Of a stretch of 64,000 nucleotides of DNA, positions 51,201 to 59,241 are shown piece after piece. The translations under genes were made by a program, and so were the position numbers. The stretch is from Mytilus californianus (taxonomy: Eukaryota), in contig NW_026262686.1 of assembly GCF_021869535.1 (NCBI RefSeq), forward strand, positions 1,860,001-1,924,000, written 5' to 3'. The notes beneath the pieces are model-generated. The model did no database searches. It was not told the origin of the DNA and was given only the letters and a program-made list of their open reading frames with translations. Each line of letters starts with the position of its first letter. Positions within the stretch are counted from its first letter, which is position 1.

Positions 51201-51811
51201 TGACCTTCTGACTACTTGGCTGTCTGAATTTCCTGGATAAGGATTATAGCTATGATCCTAAATATATATAATGTCTGGATTTTCCAAGACTTCTTCGTCC
51301 AGGTATTAAGGAACCAGATTCGACATTTGAATGTGACTGGTTCTGCGTGAAAGGTTTGTGCAAAGTCCAGCAAAATTAAAATTGAGAATGGAAATGGGGA
51401 ATGTGTCAAAGAGACAACAACCCGACCAAAGAGCAGAAAACAGCCCAAGGCCACCAATGGGTCTTCAATACAGCAAGAAAATCCCACACCTGGAGGCATG
51501 CTTCAGCTGGCCCCTAAACAAAAATGTGTACTAGTTCAGTGATAATGGACGTCATACTTAACTCCAAAATATATAAATGAACTAAAATTAAAAATCATAC
51601 AAGACTAACAAATTAAGATTCGTTTCCCTCCCTCTTCCAATTAGTAACTGATGTTTTGCATTACATTTACGGTAAAGTTGAATTAGAACACGCATTAAAT
51701 CAGATTTTACCTAAGTTCTTTTCCATACAGAATTCTCCACACATCTGCCAACTCTTGAGGTGGGACATTCTTTTGTAATGATTTCTCCAAGCTTTCTAAC
51801 TCAGCAGCCAT
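21121..51811 (-). CDS. UPB1: Beta-ureidopropionase (beta-alanine synthase), spliced gene model of 14 coding exons, 384 aa
   Basis: complement join(51811-51711,49008-48837,46514-46427,45810-45716,44325-44241,41139-41063,39712-39658,36817-36703,32271-32190,31014-30972,30242-30216,27815-27775,23132-23046,21207-21121). All introns are GT..AG, phases are compatible and the sum is 1155 nt. Translation [34 protein letters not shown]...[17 protein letters not shown]...[20 protein letters not shown]...[12 protein letters not shown]...[41 protein letters not shown]...KPDIIREK* is colinear with animal UPB1 as I recall it. Catalytic E (QEAW), K (RKNH) and C (NICYG) are present. Confidence 0.97.
21808..22960 (+). 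mobile_element. HINE/pearl-like element with about six 165-bp tandem core units, in the last UPB1 intron
   Basis: Same 5' end (gaggctctcaagagcctgtgtcgctcacc) and 3' hairpin (agctcacttggccctttgggccaggtgagctaaaaa) as 15877-17191. Confidence 0.8.
23046..23132 (-). CDS. UPB1: UPB1 exon 13 (87 nt, [29 protein letters not shown])
   Basis: ttcctttcag| ... AGA|gtaagt. Confidence 0.96.
25499..26088. mobile_element. MITE with about 28-bp TIRs
   Basis: ggtcaaaggagtaggggcaataaggccc ... gggccttaatgccccttctcctttggcc. Confidence 0.65.
26545..27625 (-). mobile_element. HINE-like element of a second family, with a roughly 130-150-bp tandem core
   Basis: Terminal hairpin atacgaccgcaaaaaaattttgcggtcgtat; (gtc)n microsatellite; matching subTIR tgcggtcgtat at about 27588. 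Confidence 0.75.
27775..27815 (-). CDS. UPB1: UPB1 exon 12 (41 nt, [14 protein letters not shown])
   Basis: tctttcacag| ... CCG|gtaaga. Confidence 0.95.
28300..28725 (-). mobile_element. Abundant interspersed repeat with the ataagaagatgtggtatg-gccaatgagacaactct head (also at 61148-61352; fragments at about 6236, 7375, 36085, 59010)
   Basis: At least six copies or fragments in the window. Confidence 0.7.
28740..29505 (+). mobile_element. HINE-like element of a third family (gaccatgacctag core); shorter relative at about 45007-45325
   Basis: Repeated core aattcaaagtcactggaccatgacctagg...; 3' hairpin gtcgctttttgactcagtcaaggagagac. Confidence 0.6.
30216..30242 (-). CDS. UPB1: UPB1 exon 11 (27-nt microexon, AHKDFGHFY)
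   Basis: tttctttttcag|CTCACAAGGATTTTGGCCATTTCTATG|gtaagt; it fills the conserved AHxDFGxFYG motif. Confidence 0.94.
30972..31014 (-). CDS. UPB1: UPB1 exon 10 (43 nt, [14 protein letters not shown])
   Basis: ttttatttcag| ... AAG|gtgagt. Confidence 0.95.
32190..32271 (-). CDS. UPB1: UPB1 exon 9 (82 nt, [28 protein letters not shown])
   Basis: tatattttcag| ... ACA|gtaagt. This is the last unit of the 70/72-bp acceptor array. Confidence 0.96.
32240..34760 (-). repeat. 70/72-bp tandem array derived from the UPB1 exon 9 acceptor junction, about 35 copies
   Basis: Minus-strand unit tatattttcag|TGAACCTATGTGGCCAATAGAAGCTAGAAATGACACTATTGCTAACTCTTGCCACTGTT. Confidence 0.96.
35230..36745 (-). repeat. 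67-bp tandem array derived from the UPB1 exon 8 donor junction, about 21 copies
   Basis: Unit = last 42 nt of exon 8 + gtatgtactcatgtactcagtgtat; interrupted by a repeat fragment at about 36083-36157. Confidence 0.95.
36703..36817 (-). CDS. UPB1: UPB1 exon 8 (115 nt, [38 protein letters not shown]; catalytic Cys)
   Basis: ttgtttacag| ... TTGAG|gtatgt. Confidence 0.96.
36811..36995 (-). repeat. Degenerate repeats of about 30-33 bp of the exon 8 acceptor junction
   Basis: Plus-strand ttttacctgtaaacaat at 36812 and about 36877; variants at about 36910 and 36985. Confidence 0.7.
37102..38929. mobile_element. DNA transposon derivative with about 40-bp TIRs (AGG..CCT termini, TTAA-like flanks; Kolobok-like)
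   Basis: aggcttaaattaaaatattgtttgtttgcagtttaccgac ... gtcggaaaactgcaaacaaacatatttttaaggttggcct. Confidence 0.65.
39658..39712 (-). CDS. UPB1: UPB1 exon 7 (55 nt, [18 protein letters not shown])
   Basis: atttttcag| ... TTCG|gtaagt. Confidence 0.96.
40020..41020. repeat. 30/36-bp tandem array (tgtgctaacttat core) in intron 6, split by an insertion
   Basis: 30-bp units at 40020-40200 and 40615-40690; 36-bp units at about 40720-40900. Confidence 0.85.
40200..40615. mobile_element. Unclassified insertion carrying a long imperfect palindrome (40451-40612); it splits a tandem array
   Basis: Arms of about 68 bp and about 80% identity; the same tgtgctaacttat array lies on both sides. Confidence 0.5.
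41063..41139 (-). CDS. UPB1: UPB1 exon 6 (77 nt, [26 protein letters not shown]; catalytic Lys)
   Basis: ttccatttcag| ... GAG|gtcaga. Confidence 0.96.
41195..42325. repeat. Diverged tandem array with a unit of about 62 bp in intron 5
   Basis: Unit ccatgatca(c/g)catct(a/c)agagga..aactttcaagacaggggagataattacctgttagttctacca. Confidence 0.88.
41330..41565 (+). mobile_element. Short HINE-like element inserted into the 62-bp intron-5 array
   Basis: gaccttgaactttgacc motif, (gacg/gact) microsatellite and 3' hairpin; interrupts a unit at gaggaa|ataactttc. Confidence 0.6.
42824..44316 (-). repeat. 77/78-bp tandem array made of nearly all of UPB1 exon 5 plus its donor, 19 copies including the real one
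   Basis: The 78-bp unit translates [26 protein letters not shown]. Confidence 0.97.
44241..44325 (-). CDS. UPB1: UPB1 exon 5 (85 nt, [28 protein letters not shown])
   Basis: cttttttcag| ... GCAG|gtaaat. This is the first unit of the 77/78-bp array. Confidence 0.94.
45405..45730 (-). repeat. Tandem array of about 40 bp derived from the UPB1 exon 4 donor junction, about 8 copies
   Basis: Plus-strand ggagataattca(c/t)acctcttgtaaca repeated; the genuine copy is at 45701-45726. Confidence 0.85.
45716..45810 (-). CDS. UPB1: UPB1 exon 4 (95 nt, [32 protein letters not shown])
   Basis: attttacag| ... GAG|gtatga. Confidence 0.96.
46427..46514 (-). CDS. UPB1: UPB1 exon 3 (88 nt, [29 protein letters not shown]; catalytic Glu)
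   Basis: ttctgtttcag| ... TGGA|gtaagt. Confidence 0.95.
46682..47634. repeat. 27-bp tandem array, about 35 copies, in intron 2
   Basis: Unit ccacatatatagtgctcagtgctaaca. Confidence 0.96.
47812..48866 (-). repeat. 49-bp tandem array derived from the UPB1 exon 2 donor junction (about 7 extra copies), split by the 47912-48584 transposon
   Basis: Unit = TGCCTACTACAGAGTCTGTATCAAAACAG|gtaaggttagatccatgaac. Confidence 0.92.
47912..48584. mobile_element. Non-autonomous DNA transposon, 29-bp TIR, 5-bp TSD (hAT5-like), inserted in the exon-2-derived array
   Basis: CAGTCAGGGGTGCTACTTGTACAAGTAAT ... ATTACTTGTACAAGTAGTACCCCTGACTG; flanks acctt/accct. The pre-insertion state is readable from neighbouring 49-bp units. 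Confidence 0.88.
48837..49008 (-). CDS. UPB1: UPB1 exon 2 (172 nt, RQLEFPKE...[26 protein letters not shown])
   Basis: ttttacacag| ... CAG|gtaagg; overlaps track ORF 48783-48977. Confidence 0.95.
49087..50640. mobile_element. Non-autonomous DNA transposon, CAGTCAGGGG TIR, 5-bp TSD ataga (hAT5-like)
   Basis: ataga|cagtcaggggacttattgaaataagtgatttt ... aaaatcactcatttaagtaattcccctgactg|ataga. Confidence 0.85.
49505..50264. mobile_element. Nested non-autonomous DNA transposon, about 49-bp TIR, 5-bp TSD ttagt
   Basis: ttagt|cagtcaagggtgtaacttgaataagttattagagaaaaataacatacat ... atgtatgttatttttctctaataacttatttaagttagacccttaactg|ttagt. The interior is homologous to 62305-63037. Confidence 0.88.
51372..51612 (+). 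mobile_element. Interspersed repeat (inverted relatives at about 13200-13520 and 31128-31285)
   Basis: gaatggaaatggggaatgtgtcaaagagacaac motif shared by three loci in the window. Confidence 0.65.
51711..51811 (-). CDS. UPB1: UPB1 coding exon 1 (101 nt, MAAELES...RILYGKEL)
   Basis: aaccATGG start at 51811; ends AG|gtaaaa. Confidence 0.93.
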
Positions 51812-52064
51812 GGTTTTGAATTCACACGTTGACAGAGAAGATGAATGAACCAAAGAGGTTCCGAGAAGCTGCGATATGTTTACATTTTACAAAAGGGGTG
51901 TTTATTATTTATCTACGCTCAAATCACCAGTAATTGCAAATAAAAACGCATTTATTAAAAAAAAAAAAGATAAATCAACAATGAAACAATTGAAATCAAA
52001 CGAGAGAGATATATTTAAAAAAAATTATTAACTAAATTTTGTCTGAAGAGAAATATTTTCATAC

Positions 52065-52230
52065 CTGCTGAAAATGAATTCGACCAATCCGGGAAAATAC
52101 AAAAATAGAAACAGATGAGATGGTAAAGTAAGATGAAAAGATGAATACGAATTTCGGAAAGACTTCTTTATGAATCCCACTTATTGGACATAGACAAACA
52201 CGAAAAGGGGGCGGGGTCAAGCACATGTCT
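52065..52230 (-). promoter_or_regulatory. Probable UPB1 promoter with a possible non-coding first exon
   Basis: GC box ggggcgggg at about 52208-52216; CCAAT-type motifs at 52084 and 52183. On the minus strand, a donor CAG|gtatga at 52064 could pair with an acceptor tcgcag| at 51869. No transcript evidence. Confidence 0.4.
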
Positions 52231-52548
52231 CTTTGGAAATGTAACCCCTTTTTCTAACAGTTTTTTCTTGTGTTACAAAAAATGTATATTATTTTTGAGT
52301 ACTGTAAACTGGGAAATTTTCGCGGCAGTTTTATTTTCGCTATTTTCGCGGAACGAAGTGAAACGCGAAAATAAAACGACCGCGAAATTTTCAAGCAAAT
52401 TCTATTCATAAGATAAAAACCATACATGTAAGTATATGATAGGATATGTAGAGGACCACTGTATAACATCTATTTTACAGACGACAGATCTATACCTCAA
52501 ATTTTAACTGTATTTCTAAATGAAAACCAATGTTAGAAATCATGACTT

Positions 52549-55500
52549 CTTTTCTTCGTATAAGCTTCCTCTGTTAGGAACACCCCTCGTTTAAGGGTAA
52601 TATGGATAAAAAGTCTTTAACTATGTACACACTCCGTGAATATATATACACTTGCTAAAATTTAAAATAGACTAAGTTTCTAAGTTGAGTGATAATTGTC
52701 AACAGCCATTACACACTTATCAGTTTTAGTCTCGAGTTATGCATCTTGTAGCACATATCTCTTGTGAGCATTTCTAGTTCTTCTATTTTGAGCTTGCTTT
52801 CACTAAATATATATGTGAAGTTTGTACAGTCAATTATAAGGACTGTAATTTTATGTCTATCAATGAATGTCTCTTTCCACTTCATTTCTCCAATGAATTT
52901 GGTTATATAAGTTTTTATTGGGTTGAAAGTTTCTTTTCTTGTCTCACTTAATGCTGAGCAGGTAGTAAGCATATGAATAAGGTCTTCTGGTTCTTGGTTG
53001 CACATTTGACAAGTTGGAGTAATTTCATATCTGCTGAATTTATGCCGATCAGCTTGTAATGTATACGTTCGTGTCATCATCCTACTTTTGATTATACCTT
53101 TTCGAACATCAAGGATTGTAGGTTGCAATGTGGTGTAGGAGATATGCGGCTTTCCATTCTTAATTTGGTTTATAGATAGATATTTAAGTGATGTCTTTTG
53201 GACTGTGTCAATTTGAAGAGCCTTATTCCAGTAATTTGACATATTAAAATTCACTAATGTTTTCCACTTATTTTTAGTAGGCAGACTGCTTTGGAGTTCC
53301 CATATATTTGGAAGCTTGTACAATTGTAGGGTTTCCATTGCACAAAAGAAGAAGCTTTTTGGATTGTCAAAATTGATTGATGATTGGCGTTGTACAAGAT
53401 CTTGAATAGTTTGGTTTTTAGCCGATAATAAAGAGTAGAGCATAGATAGTTGCCGCTTGTGAAGCTCTCCTTCAACTGGTATTGCTCCTAAGAGTAGATA
53501 TATTGCTGATGTAGCTGTTCTTTGTGGCAGAGATTGAATATGTCTCAAGGTATTTTTATGAAATTTTTCTAGTATTTCAATTTGTCCTTTTGTAAGTGGT
53601 AGTATTTCTAAACCATATAAAAGTCTTGGGAGAATATATGTCTTATAGATGTTATATCCTGTAATTGGGTCAACCCCATTTGTTCCATGAAGACCGGAGC
53701 TCATTAAGGAGTATTTTGTTCTTCTTGCTAATTTAATGCGGTCATCAATGTTAATTTCATTTTCTCTTTTGTTTGTTCTTTGAAGACCTAAATGTGTTGT
53801 GGCATCTGTTGGTTCTATAGTTTTTCCTTTTAATACCCAACTGTTATCTGTTTCTTGCGTATTACACTGTACGACTTTAGTTTTTATTGGATGGATGTTA
53901 TATTGATGCTGATCAGCATATCTACCTATAATGTCAAGCATTAATTGCATTTCTGATGTGTCCGAGCTCAATAAGGCAATGTCATCTGCACAAGTAGGTG
54001 CACCTATGTAAATATTTCCTAGATGGAAGCCAATAGAGTTGTTTTTGGGTTCTTCAAGTAGATCTTGGACATACAATTTATAGAGGTGTGTAGATAAAAT
54101 GCCTCCTTGTCTTACTCCTTGTTTTATATTAAAACTATCACTGATATCCCCCATCCACTTTACTTTTGATTCTAAATCTGTATATAGGCCCTTAATAAGT
54201 TGTAATAGATCTGGAGGAATATTTTGGTCTAGTAGTTTGTCCATTAGTATAATATGTTTGACTACATCAAACGCTGATTGTACGTCAACTGTTGTTATGA
54301 ATAATGGTATGTTGTTTTTAAGTTTTTCACATTTTGCTTCTGTTATAAGTAAGCTTGCCATAAGGGGACATAATCCTTCTGTGAAGCCAAATTGTAAATC
54401 TGGACCCGGGTGTAATTGGAGTTTCTTAAGAATACACAGTTCATGTACTTTTCCAATGATGGGAGTAACAGTAATTCCTCTGTAACTCTTGACATCTAGA
54501 GGGTTTTTGCCACTCTTTATAACAGGAGTAAGGATTCCTGTTTTAAAGGCTCTTGGAATAGAGTTGGTCTCTTTGATTTTGTTGAATAGAGTTGTTAATA
54601 CTGGTGTTAATACTGATTTGGCATTCTTAAGATGTTCGGCAGTGAGCCCGTATTCATCTGGTGATTTCCCTACATTTAGAGTTTCTATTGATTTTTGAAT
54701 TTCTGTTTCTGTGTATGGGTCAGATGTTACTGGATTTTCTTTATAAAATTTTTCAATTAGATTTTGACGTGTTTGACAGAGATCTAAATAGGAGTTGTCA
54801 TATTCCAAGTTTTTTGGCATACTTAAGTCTTCATAATAATTAGCAAATACTTTTCTTTGGTTTGAATGACAGTATTCCTTTTCACCATCTATTTCTATAC
54901 AAGTTGTAGTACTAGATCTGGAATTTCGGTTTCTATTTATCAGTCTATAGAAAAGTTTTGTTGTTGGTTTTTCCATGATTTGTTGGTAGAGTTGTTTTCT
55001 AGCAATAGCTTGCTCTATTCTTTGTGAGTTTCTCAAGAGTTTCTTTGCTGTTTTTAATTCAGTATGTGATGGATGGTTTTGTGGCCGTCCCTGATTTTTC
55101 CATTGTGAATATAGTAATTTACATGATTTCAGATGTTTTCGTACGGTTGGCGTTGCTTTCCATTTTGGCCCTTGTAATTTGATAGGTTTTGCTGGAACAG
55201 CTACCTTTGTTGCTTTCAGTAATTCATTTGTAATGGTTTGAAGTTGGTCTGAAGTTGAATCCTCAGATTTAATTTTAAGGAGCCCCTCTGATAAATTTGA
55301 GTTGTATATTTCAGTGTTTATTTCATCCCAGAGAAGTTTTTTGTATGATGTTCCTTCAGATGGTTTTCTATTTGCAACACTTGGAATTGTTACAGTGGTG
55401 TTTGTTTCTACTGGCACATGAGCTGAGCTATTTGTCGCTGAACGGTCCCAAATTTTGTGTTCTTTGAAGATTGATATATTTCTTGTTAAAATGTAATCAA

Positions 55501-55999
55501 TTTGAGAGGATGATTGTCCAGAGTGATGAAAGAAAGTCATTTTTGAGTCATAATTTCCAGCTGTTTGAAGGCCTAGTTCCTGTACAAAGTTTTTCAGTAA
55601 TTTATCATGCTTGTTTGATCTTGAATGTAATAAAGTTCCATTGAGATCCCCACAGAAAATTATTTCATAAAGGTCCTGATATTTTTGTATTATATCAAAG
55701 ATTATATCTAGACATTCTGAGTACTCATATGCCGAGTCTTTGTCATTAGTTGGAAGATACGCATTGATTATGCAGATATCATAGTTAGAGGATAGGGTGA
55801 TAGCTACAATTCTTTCGTTTCCCTCTTTTAATTTCTTAACGTTCCCACTCCATGAATCTGGCCATAAAATTGAGACCCCTGATTGTCCTTTTGGTAGTTT
55901 TGATCCGTCTAGTGGATCGTTTGAGTCGTGACAGCGTGTGACGTTGTCAAAATTTGGTAGTATATCAGAGAGAAATTGTTTTTGAAATTCCCACAACCA
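52549..55999 (-). mobile_element. 5'-truncated LINE (RTEX/RTE-like, clade provisional) with 8-bp TSD catgactt
   Basis: catgactt at 52541-52548 and 56000-56007; about 160-nt 3'UTR ending in a GAA-rich tail (cgaagaaaag on the minus strand). Confidence 0.8.
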
Positions 56000-56002
56000 C
56001 AT
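52709..56002 (-). CDS. Non-LTR retrotransposon (LINE) ORF2: N-terminally truncated APE endonuclease + reverse transcriptase + C-terminal CCHC motif
   Basis: APE motifs INAYLP, FCGDLNG, SQIDYIL, SSAHVPV; RT motifs KSPDEYG, YRGITV, QFGF, DVQSAFD, GVRQGGILS, CADDIALL; CQMC..H..C near the C-terminus; 1097 codons uninterrupted. Confidence 0.96.
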   Translation of the reverse strand: MWLWEFQKQFLSDILPNFDNVTRCHDSNDPLDGSKLPKGQSGVSILWPDSWSGNVKKLKEGNERIVAITLSSNYDICIINAYLPTNDKDSAYEYSECLDIIFDIIQKYQDLYEIIFCGDLNGTLLHSRSNKHDKLLKNFVQELGLQTAGNYDSKMTFFHHSGQSSSQIDYILTRNISIFKEHKIWDRSATNSSAHVPVETNTTVTIPSVANRKPSEGTSYKKLLWDEINTEIYNSNLSEGLLKIKSEDSTSDQLQTITNELLKATKVAVPAKPIKLQGPKWKATPTVRKHLKSCKLLYSQWKNQGRPQNHPSHTELKTAKKLLRNSQRIEQAIARKQLYQQIMEKPTTKLFYRLINRNRNSRSSTTTCIEIDGEKEYCHSNQRKVFANYYEDLSMPKNLEYDNSYLDLCQTRQNLIEKFYKENPVTSDPYTETEIQKSIETLNVGKSPDEYGLTAEHLKNAKSVLTPVLTTLFNKIKETNSIPRAFKTGILTPVIKSGKNPLDVKSYRGITVTPIIGKVHELCILKKLQLHPGPDLQFGFTEGLCPLMASLLITEAKCEKLKNNIPLFITTVDVQSAFDVVKHIILMDKLLDQNIPPDLLQLIKGLYTDLESKVKWMGDISDSFNIKQGVRQGGILSTHLYKLYVQDLLEEPKNNSIGFHLGNIYIGAPTCADDIALLSSDTSEMQLMLDIIGRYADQHQYNIHPIKTKVVQCNTQETDNSWVLKGKTIEPTDATTHLGLQRTNKRENEINIDDRIKLARRTKYSLMSSGLHGTNGVDPITGYNIYKTYILPRLLYGLEILPLTKGQIEILEKFHKNTLRHIQSLPQRTATSAIYLLLGAIPVEGELHKRQLSMLYSLLSAKNQTIQDLVQRQSSINFDNPKSFFFCAMETLQLYKLPNIWELQSSLPTKNKWKTLVNFNMSNYWNKALQIDTVQKTSLKYLSINQIKNGKPHISYTTLQPTILDVRKGIIKSRMMTRTYTLQADRHKFSRYEITPTCQMCNQEPEDLIHMLTTCSALSETRKETFNPIKTYITKFIGEMKWKETFIDRHKITVLIIDCTNFTYIFSESKLKIEELEMLTRDMCYKMHNSRLKLISV

Positions 56003-56746
56003 GACTTTAACTCAAGTTAATCTTATTAAAAAGGAAGACAAATCAAGCAAGCGGACGTTACGGACATTACTGATATTGTTGTGTAAATAACACTTGTTAC
56101 AAATATGTAAATAACACCTGTAATTCAGTTTTAAAAATACTACCTCGTTGAATCTTCTACAAATATTAATCAGATCAAAAGATCGATTAATTAGCATTAA
56201 TCCTGACAGCATTTTATTTTTATTCACTCTTAATTAGGTCTTCTTTTCTGTTATTGTGTATGTGTTTTTACAAGCAAACATGACACAACTTTTAATCTCC
56301 TTTAACATTTATGAACCGAAAACAAAATATTTCTGATTGATTTTATCACTTGATTTACGATACATGTAAAGCTGGTCACTTTCTAAATCATTTATGAAAA
56401 TATTTATATATGTCACAGGGAAATCGCGAATTCAAAACAACACGAATTTAGATTGTATTAATAAATCGCGAAATAAAGACGGCGCGAAAATTTCCCGGTT
56501 TACAGTAAATGTTCTTCAACATGTTGACAATTCAACTTTAATATGTGTCAATGATCTTATCCACACGATACTAAAGCTTAAGCACTTATGTATACACAAG
56601 ATACATGAAGGTATAGTAATTAATCTGAGATTACTATTAGTTATAACTATGATAACATGATCTTTTTTTCATAATCCAAAGCAACTTACAAGTTTGATAC
56701 CTGATCATTTTGATTATTACTTTCAATCTTCACACTACTTAAAACT

Positions 56747-56912
56747 CAGATGCGGATTTAGAGGGTTTTTCAGGGGGCCCGGGCCCCCCCTTTTGTGGGA
56801 AAAATTTGGTTGAATATTTAGGGAATCACTGACGCATGACTGGAGCGGGCCCCCTCTTAGGCTGTCAGTGGACCCCGGCCCCCCCTTATGCAAATTTCTG
56901 GATCCGCCACTG
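56747..56912. mobile_element. GC-rich MITE with 15-bp imperfect TIR and 5-bp TSD aaact
   Basis: aaact|cagatgcggatttag ... ctggatccgccactg|aaact. Confidence 0.75.
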
Positions 56913-57907
56913 AAACTATTCTATGAACTTATGTCTGAAAGATGAATTATTATGGATTAATTAAATGTAATTAATTTGTTTAAAGAAAAGGTGAAAAATA
57001 TATCCAGTTACAAATAAAAGAATGCAAGTGTTGTCTATTTTACTTGTAGATCAGTGCTATATTTTAAAATCTGTAACTTGTATATTACCCATGTTACCTG
57101 GTCTGCATTTATAAAAATGCAATACAACTTATACATGTTATATATCTATGTATTCCTCATGTCATTGTCTTAAACATCATATATATATATATATATATGC
57201 TGATTGTATATTTAAAAAGTCCCTCAGAAACTTTTTATTCTAAATAAAGAATGAACCCCCCATTTTAATAAAAAAAAAAAACTAAAATTCTGAGAAAAAA
57301 AAAGAAGTATTTTTCAACATATTCAGTGGTAACCTTTTTGAAATTATACTCCTGCATGATCATGTGATACTATAAAGTGAAAATTCAATAAATAGACTAC
57401 ATACATGTACATATATGTGCCATCCTTTGAACATGTTGAAACCATATCAAAACCCTGTATGATCATGATGGTAATTTATCAGGAAAAAAGAAGATATAAA
57501 TAAAATATCACCTTTTTAATATCCTGAATATTTCATTAATTTGTTGAAAAAAGTAAAAAAAATCTCCAAAGGACACCAGAACAACAACTATAAATAATGG
57601 CATTATGGAAATGAAAATGACCCCATGCCACCCTACAATCTTCAGTGTCATATAATTTTTATCAACATTCAAAGACAGTCCTTAAAATTAGTGAGGAGGA
57701 GTTAGAAATGTAGTCATGATAGTTGACCAATGTCAGAACAGAGAAATGCCTCTAAAACACCCATTCCATTTATAGGTAAATTTTAAGGGTAATGAAATTG
57801 AAAATATTCTTAGTTACAAGTCCCTTCATATGTTTGTCCAAGATTACAATAGCAATAGTTTTATAACTAATCATGCTCATTAACTAACTTATTTGATTCA
57901 GTATAGA

Positions 57908-58870
57908 GCTGGTACTTAGACAGCTATAGATTGCTCTAGATTTTGAACATCTGTATGTAGTAAGGTACTTAGACATGCAGCTATAGATTGCTCTAGATTT
58001 TGAACATCTGTAGTTACTTAGACAGCTATAGATTGCTCTAGATTTTGAACATCTGTAGGTACTTAGGCAGCTATAGATTGCTCTAGATTTTGAACATCTG
58101 TAGTTCCTAAGACAGCTATAGATTGCTCTAGATTTTGAACTTCTGTAGTTACTTAGACAGCTATAGATTGCTCTAGATTTTGAACTTCTTTAGTTACTTA
58201 GACAGCTATAGATTGCTCTAGATTTTGAACTTCTTTCGTTATTTAGACAGCTATAGATTGCTCTAGATTTTGAACTTCTGTAGTTACTTAGACAGCTATA
58301 TAAAAATTTATTTAGACAGCTATAGATTGCTCTAGATTTTGAACTTCTGTAGTTACTTAGACAGCTATATGAAAATTAGATTGCTCTAGATTTTGAACTT
58401 CTGTAGGTACTTAGACAGCTATAGATTGCTCTAGATTTTGAACTTCTTTAGTTACTTAGAAAGCTATAGATTGCTCTAGATTTTGAACTTCTGTAGGTAC
58501 TTAGACAGCTATAGATTGCTCTAGATTTTGAACTTCTTTAATTACTTAAACAGCTATAGATTGCTCTAGATTTTGAACTTCTGTAGTTACTTAGACAGCT
58601 ATAGATTGCTCTAGATTTTGAACTTCTGTAGTTACTTAGACAGCTATAGATTGCTCTAGATTTTGAACATCTGTAGGTACTTAGGCAGCTAAAGATTGCT
58701 CTAGATTTTGAATTTCTGTAGTTACTTAGACAGCTATAGATTGCTCTAGATTTTGAACTTCTTTAGTTACTTATATATAGACAGCTTATAGATTGCTCTA
58801 GATTTTGAACTTCTGTAGTTACATAGACAGCTGTAGATTGCTCTAGATTTTGAAGTTTTGAAGGTACTTG
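57908..58870. repeat. 45-bp tandem array, about 21 copies
   Basis: Unit gttacttagacagctatagattgctctagattttgaacttctgta. Confidence 0.95.
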
Positions 58871-59241
58871 AATCACTTACATCTGCTGTTTGAAATATAG
58901 AGGCTTTATCATACATGTACTTGCTGTCCAACTACTTGGAAATAAAGTAGATTTCAGAATAATATTGAAAAATAAATGCATATATATACAATATATCATA
59001 CTCTTTCTATAAGATAAGAAGATGTGGTGTGATTGCCCATAAGACAACTCTTTACCAGCATGCCCAGAGACTATATATATGAACATGATGAATGTTTAAG
59101 CATTTCATTTATTCAAACCTACACATCCATGACATCTTATAGCAAGAACTTCCTGCAAGGTTATTTCACCGGTATATATGATTAATTTATTCAGATAGAA
59201 AATATATTGTAATTTGATCTTAGAAGTGTTTATATGTTCAT

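Larger units (their letters stand above)
52302..56505. mobile_element. Non-autonomous DNA transposon (about 40-bp TIRs, TA TSD; Tc1/mariner-type signature) hosting the LINE
   Basis: ta|ctgtaaactgggaaattttcgcggcagttttattttcgc ... gcgaaataaagacggcgcgaaaatttcccggtttacag|ta. About 0.75 kb once the LINE is removed. Confidence 0.85.

Noticed and set aside
53254-54843. Short ORFs overlapping the LINE ORF
   Set aside because: Shadow or alternative-frame ORFs of the RT coding sequence.
58880-58890. Possible 5-nt microexon (cag|CAGAT|gtaagt) on the minus strand
   Set aside because: The UPB1 model is complete without it and chance occurrence is likely.
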